64,000 bases of DNA from a virus. Taxonomy: Duplodnaviria > Heunggongvirae > Uroviricota > Caudoviricetes. Position numbers and translations under genes: made by a program. Below, piece after piece: positions 59,233 through 64,000 of the stretch. Numbering within the stretch: the first letter of the stretch is position 1; every line of letters begins with the position of its first letter. The stretch is from the IMG/VR virus record IMGVR_UViG_3300029746_000001; one strand, written 5' to 3'. The notes beneath the pieces are model-generated. The model saw only the letters and a list, made by a program, of their open reading frames with translations, did no database searches and was not told where the DNA came from.

Positions 59233-61989
59233 ATTCTTATTGATTCCGGCTACATACCTTTTGGTGGCATCTTCCCTCGCTCGTTGAGCAAGCTCTTTGG
59301 ATTTTAATTTTAACTCTTCCATTTTCATTCTCATTTCATCATCATGAAGTTTGGAATCGTTTTCAATTTTCTTATCCTCTATCCTTTCCTTGCTTTCTAT
59401 ATCAGCTTGCCTTACGGTCTGATCTGAAACAGAAGCCAGGAAGTTGAGGGAGGTGGCGTCGCTCTTGGCGTCTGCCGCCCTGCCTGCCGCCTGGATCTTC
59501 TCTTGAAGTATCCTGTATTGACCTTTCTTGTCTTCCAAAGCAAGTTCATGCTGACGTTGCTTATCCTTCTCAGCAGCTTCAGCTTGTATCTGTTGCTGGT
59601 TAAGCTGCATCTGATTCTGTTGTTGCTGCTGCATCTGACGCTCGTTGTATGCCCGAGTATTCCTTGCATTCTGTATAAGTTCCACCATAGAGTCTGATGT
59701 GAAGATAGATGCAAGATCGTAAATATCGCCTCCGGCCGTATTTAGCTGCAACATGAAAGTCTTAAATTTCTCAAGCTCATCCCTTTTCTTGGAATTAGAT
59801 AATGCCTGAACACCAAGATGCCTTAGACTAAGACCGTCGGTTCCTATAGATAAAAACGCCCTGGTAAGATCACTTTTTGTGTACATTACAGAAATATCCT
59901 TTCCTTCTTGCTGGCATTGTTGAGCGACAGCCAGATGAAGATCAAGAGCGCGTTTCTTGAAGTAACCGAAGTTATCAAAGTATATCTGTGTTTGTAACAT
60001 AGATGCCGTAACGCCCTGCTGGACCCCAGTGGCGGTCTCATACCTGTTGGGACCGTTAATTACTTGAGGCGTGATACCAACCATTTCAAAACACTTCATC
60101 CTCGACCATTCAGCAAGCTCCATTCTTGTTTTAAGCTGCTCTGTCTGCGACAAATCATAGACGGCAAACTGGTTGAAAGGAACACCTCCTTTCGTGTTTT
60201 GAGATGAGGTATCTAATGTCAGAGCACCTACAGACTTAGCTACATCAAGAAGATTAGCCCATATATCAGCCACATCTTCACCCAAATCCTTGTATTCACT
60301 TGGAACCAGATTTATATCCCCTAAGAAGAATTTACCGATCTCCTTTTCAAGAATATTGTTTATCTGATTTATGGAGAAATTATAAAATATTTGATACGGC
60401 TGAATCCTGTTAGCCATAGAAGTACCGATATATCCGGCAACGGGTAGAACAAAGTCATAGATATTGCTATCCCCTTTTATCTGGTGATCGATAGGTTCTC
60501 CATCCAGATACAGGTTGTCCTGAGCGAGAGCCCCGCCACTGATCTTAACTCCGTACCTCACCTGTGGAACGTAATCTACGAAATAGGTATTAATCTCCGG
60601 GTTCTCCATTCCCTTACTCATGGTCCTGGTAATTTTCTTAATACCATTTTCCTGTAAAAAGTCTTGAAGAAGCTCGTCGGTTACCATTTCAGTAGTTACT
60701 AATCCGGTTTCAGTTTGGTAGGTAATTACATACACCTGAGCCGGGGATACCCAATATGATTCAGTTACCTGATACAAATCACTACGAACATGCTCGTCGC
60801 TCAAACTCTGGGCGCGGTTATAATAATTACCATGCTCTAAATTTGGCATGAATCTGGTTCTGTGATATTCGTTGCCATTACTATCGTATCCGGTATATGT
60901 GCCGGCTGGAATACCGTAATAATCCTCATAAGCTTTTATAGAAGCATAATCATTATATCCTTTCCAAGGTATTACCTTATTCTGATATAACATCCCTACA
61001 CTCGCCGATTTGGATAAACTTACATAGCTTCCATTATCACCATTGTTATAAGTGCCATTGAAATTATCAGCACCTCCTATAAGCTTTTGCTTGTCTTTTG
61101 CCGTAAGAAGATGCCCCCACCTTACTATAATATCATTGGCAGTATAATAATGAACACGACCAATATAATCCCCATATTGAGGATACTTGCTATCTAATGT
61201 CTTAGAATAAAACGTATTCAACGGAGACCACCTCTCCGGCTTATAATAGTCGTATCCTACATGATAATTTCTAAAGCAACGACCGGTAAGAAGATAGTCA
61301 ATGAAATTCTCGGTGTCTATCTCATCCATGTAAAAACGCCCCCTGTCTGCTTCAAGCGTATGAGAACCCCATATAACCTCAGCAGTCTTCCATTTTGTAT
61401 TCATGAAGTTCTCTATCTCAGGAGGGGTCATAGATGCTTTCACCTCTTGTATCTGCTGAGCATAAGCCTGCTTTTCTTCTTCGCTGGCAAAATTATTATA
61501 ATCCGGATCCAATCCTCTATTCAATAACTCTTGTCTAACCCTTCTGTCCAATTCCTCTCTAATGTAATTATAAAGAAGATTTTCCTTCGTGGCAGAATAC
61601 TGATTCACTTCAGATTCGTCCAATCCAACTACATTATACTTGTCAGAAAGATTGCCCAACCATCCTACAAAAGCGTTTACGATCGTACCTATTATATCAT
61701 AATGACGTAAGAATGATGGAATGTTTACGTTGTCCCTTATAGACTGAACATCCTTAAGATAAGGAATTACATCTTTCAGCTCCATAAAGGATAACTTACC
61801 TTCCATCATCCTATAAAAATCCTTGAACTTCTGGTTCTCATCAAGCTGCTTCAAACCAATCAATTCAAGAGAATCCATAGTGGCTTTAAACCACTCCTTG
61901 GTTTTTCTCTTAGTAGGTATCGCCTGCACCGGCAACCCTGAAAATACTCCTCTGGCCGGAAAAGCCTGATCTCTATTGAAATATTCCAT
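59230..61989 (-). CDS. Portal protein
   Basis: 919 aa directly after TerL, with KTKEW, LRHYDII, VGITPQ...ETATGVQQ and a Gln-rich coiled-coil C-terminus. Confidence 0.85.
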   Translation of the reverse strand: MEYFNRDQAFPARGVFSGLPVQAIPTKRKTKEWFKATMDSLELIGLKQLDENQKFKDFYRMMEGKLSFMELKDVIPYLKDVQSIRDNVNIPSFLRHYDIIGTIVNAFVGWLGNLSDKYNVVGLDESEVNQYSATKENLLYNYIREELDRRVRQELLNRGLDPDYNNFASEEEKQAYAQQIQEVKASMTPPEIENFMNTKWKTAEVIWGSHTLEADRGRFYMDEIDTENFIDYLLTGRCFRNYHVGYDYYKPERWSPLNTFYSKTLDSKYPQYGDYIGRVHYYTANDIIVRWGHLLTAKDKQKLIGGADNFNGTYNNGDNGSYVSLSKSASVGMLYQNKVIPWKGYNDYASIKAYEDYYGIPAGTYTGYDSNGNEYHRTRFMPNLEHGNYYNRAQSLSDEHVRSDLYQVTESYWVSPAQVYVITYQTETGLVTTEMVTDELLQDFLQENGIKKITRTMSKGMENPEINTYFVDYVPQVRYGVKISGGALAQDNLYLDGEPIDHQIKGDSNIYDFVLPVAGYIGTSMANRIQPYQIFYNFSINQINNILEKEIGKFFLGDINLVPSEYKDLGEDVADIWANLLDVAKSVGALTLDTSSQNTKGGVPFNQFAVYDLSQTEQLKTRMELAEWSRMKCFEMVGITPQVINGPNRYETATGVQQGVTASMLQTQIYFDNFGYFKKRALDLHLAVAQQCQQEGKDISVMYTKSDLTRAFLSIGTDGLSLRHLGVQALSNSKKRDELEKFKTFMLQLNTAGGDIYDLASIFTSDSMVELIQNARNTRAYNERQMQQQQQNQMQLNQQQIQAEAAEKDKQRQHELALEDKKGQYRILQEKIQAAGRAADAKSDATSLNFLASVSDQTVRQADIESKERIEDKKIENDSKLHDDEMRMKMEELKLKSKELAQRAREDATKRYVAGINKN

Positions 61990-62031
61990 CCTATTATCCT
62001 ATTTTTCACAAAGATAAGGAATTTGTTCTCG

Positions 62032-64000
62032 TCACCTCATTTTGTATGGGTTATGTCTTCTTACCGTAAATCCTTTAACCTGCTCTGTCTTCCTACGTTC
62101 TCTCTTCTTTTGATTCTCCTTTTGAGTCGTACTTTCAGGCATGTAACCCATATCATCATAGTACTTAGCCAGAAGAAGAGCGTGGCCGAAGGCTATGATA
62201 CGGTCGGTGTTGGTCCCAGGACCGAAGGCTATGATCTCATCAAGAAGTTCTATATCAGGGATACGGTAAATACCTTTCTGTGTTATTTCATTACCATCAT
62301 CATCATACCCAACAACAACATCCTCCCAGCAATATTGAATAACGGTATTGAAAAGCATGCGCTGATTGGGAACCGTAGGAGCCAAACCGAGCTTGTTGTT
62401 CTGACGGGCGCCAGCACGGATAATCTTACCGGCAAGACGTTCGCCATCTTCCAGCAACATAAGCTGCTTATTTCGTCTCGTAAGATAAAATTCATACATT
62501 CGGTCGGCATTCTCCATAAGACACTTGGCCCCATACGCTTCTTGAAGTATTTCACAATTCCTACAAAAATCATCAGAAGATGGAGGACGTGATGCGTATG
62601 ATGCTACTATGCAATAAGCAAATGGATCGTTGATTTTTACATATCTTTTAAGTACATAAAACGAACCAACAGAATCAGTATCAGCCTTGTCAGATTTATA
62701 GGGGTCAAGCGATGAAACATAAGTGTAATCAAAAACACCTCCTTCTTCTGGTGGATCCTCATATATAACAACAGGAGAATCTATGTTACCACCTTGAAAC
62801 GGATAATCAGCAAGCTGCTTATCGCTAAAATTATACCCCATTTTCATGCCGTCTATCTGATAAATATCCACTGTTTTACCAGGCCTACCTTCTTCAAGAA
62901 GACGGCTTTTGTGCTTCAACGCATCTTCTACAGGGAACCTATTTACGTTCGTATTAAGGAAACAATCATCTATAGACAAAGGGAATGCCATTCGTTCCTG
63001 GACGTATAAAGCTCTATCCTTTTTGACAAGTTCATCAAGACGAGATTTTATCTTCTTAGTATTATCATCAAATTTTGATACCTGAATATCTATTTTCTTA
63101 AGACCTGTAGCTTTCTCTATTCCAAGGTACTTATCTAAGGTTGTTGTTTCCTTATCATAAGCATGAGACATCTGAGCAGGAACAAAACAACCGGATTGAC
63201 TAATACGCCAAGTTGGTTTTAAACAACGTTTATTAAGCAGATCATAATTCATGACAATAAACCCGTATTCAGCAGGGTTATTCATCACTTTTTGAGCATC
63301 TTGAGACTTTTCAACGTTACCGCCAGTGTTATGAGTTATAATACCATTTGCTATATAAGTGTGAGTATCTGATGCAGTGAGGTTGTAAACAGGCTTAATT
63401 CCTATATACTCTATCTTATCTATCCTTTCTATTATCACTCCATCTATATACTTTGATCTAAAAGATCCAAATGTGCTAAAATTAGAACTGAATTTCCTTA
63501 TAGAGTCAAGTTTCTCTCCTCTATACCCTATATCTGTTCCAATTATATCACAATATTTAAGCATGGATAATTTATCCAATATATTACATACATATGAATC
63601 AAGAATAATTGATCTATCTGCTGGATTTTTAGATGGGCTATAAGAAATAGTACTATGTATTCCAAATTTAAAAAGAACATCCTTTACTTCTTCAAGAAGA
63701 TGCCTATTACAAGATCCTAAACTTATACGATGATCCCTATTATTGTTATTAGAATAAAAAGTAGCATCAGCATCAAAATACCCCCTAATCATCATAATAA
63801 CATCCTCTCTCCTATATGAATGTATATTTAAAGGAAGTGTTTTGTTTTTTTTAGTCTGACCATATATACCAAGTTCCCTTAACTCATGGCATATACCTTT
63901 TATTCTTATTTCCCTATAGTCTTTTCCGTCCTTATTCTTATACTGTTTCTCTATACAACATTCATATTTAGATCGTATATAATCATACACCTCATTATCA
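62032..64000 (-). CDS. terL: Terminase large subunit (5' end beyond window) containing an intein
   Basis: The C-extein has TGG, SLDPYKSD...DSVGS, LMENA and NTDRIIAF nuclease-domain motifs. Confidence 0.88.
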   Translation of the reverse strand, partial: DNEVYDYIRSKYECCIEKQYKNKDGKDYREIRIKGICHELRELGIYGQTKKNKTLPLNIHSYRREDVIMMIRGYFDADATFYSNNNNRDHRISLGSCNRHLLEEVKDVLFKFGIHSTISYSPSKNPADRSIILDSYVCNILDKLSMLKYCDIIGTDIGYRGEKLDSIRKFSSNFSTFGSFRSKYIDGVIIERIDKIEYIGIKPVYNLTASDTHTYIANGIITHNTGGNVEKSQDAQKVMNNPAEYGFIVMNYDLLNKRCLKPTWRISQSGCFVPAQMSHAYDKETTTLDKYLGIEKATGLKKIDIQVSKFDDNTKKIKSRLDELVKKDRALYVQERMAFPLSIDDCFLNTNVNRFPVEDALKHKSRLLEEGRPGKTVDIYQIDGMKMGYNFSDKQLADYPFQGGNIDSPVVIYEDPPEEGGVFDYTYVSSLDPYKSDKADTDSVGSFYVLKRYVKINDPFAYCIVASYASRPPSSDDFCRNCEILQEAYGAKCLMENADRMYEFYLTRRNKQLMLLEDGERLAGKIIRAGARQNNKLGLAPTVPNQRMLFNTVIQYCWEDVVVGYDDDGNEITQKGIYRIPDIELLDEIIAFGPGTNTDRIIAFGHALLLAKYYDDMGYMPESTTQKENQKKRERRKTEQVKGFTVRRHNPYKMR
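63328..64000 (-). mobile_element. Intein with LAGLIDADG homing endonuclease (C-terminal part)
   Basis: IRGYFDADA endonuclease block. VYNLT...HTYIANGIITHN splice end followed by Thr. Confidence 0.92.

Noticed and set aside
1..64000. Stop-codon reassignment (TAG/TGA) as in some crAss-like phages
   Set aside because: Long ORFs are intact in the standard code, and TAG and TGA end genes at sensible positions (for example 2136, 43951, 54372, 38062).

Overview
This 64 kb window is the virion-morphogenesis region of a large Bacteroidota-infecting tailed phage with a Crassvirales-like gene order. Almost all genes are on the minus strand, in standard genetic code, and many are preceded by Bacteroidota TAnnTTTG promoters. 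Read from the right end: intein-containing terminase, portal, scaffold-like protein, major capsid protein, ring/adaptor and fibre genes, lysis cassette, DUF5977/BACON proteins, tail stabilisation protein, tail lysozyme and putative ejection proteins. Accessory modules are embedded among these. (1) A Ro60/TROVE gene is preceded by three Y-RNA-like tRNA mimics: one is circularly permuted (YrlA-type) and two are unpermuted and display Tyr-GUA and Lys-UUU anticodon loops. (2) A diversity-generating retroelement comprises an RT, a template repeat and a variable repeat in a target gene, with no avd gene. (3) A tnpB-only element has a rearranged RuvC, terminal inverted repeats and a 5-bp flanking direct repeat. 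(4) A second, conventional IS605-type tnpB-only element interrupts a small gene. (5) An origin-like hairpin array lies next to an orphan basic protein. All product calls come from motif recognition by eye; no database search was run.
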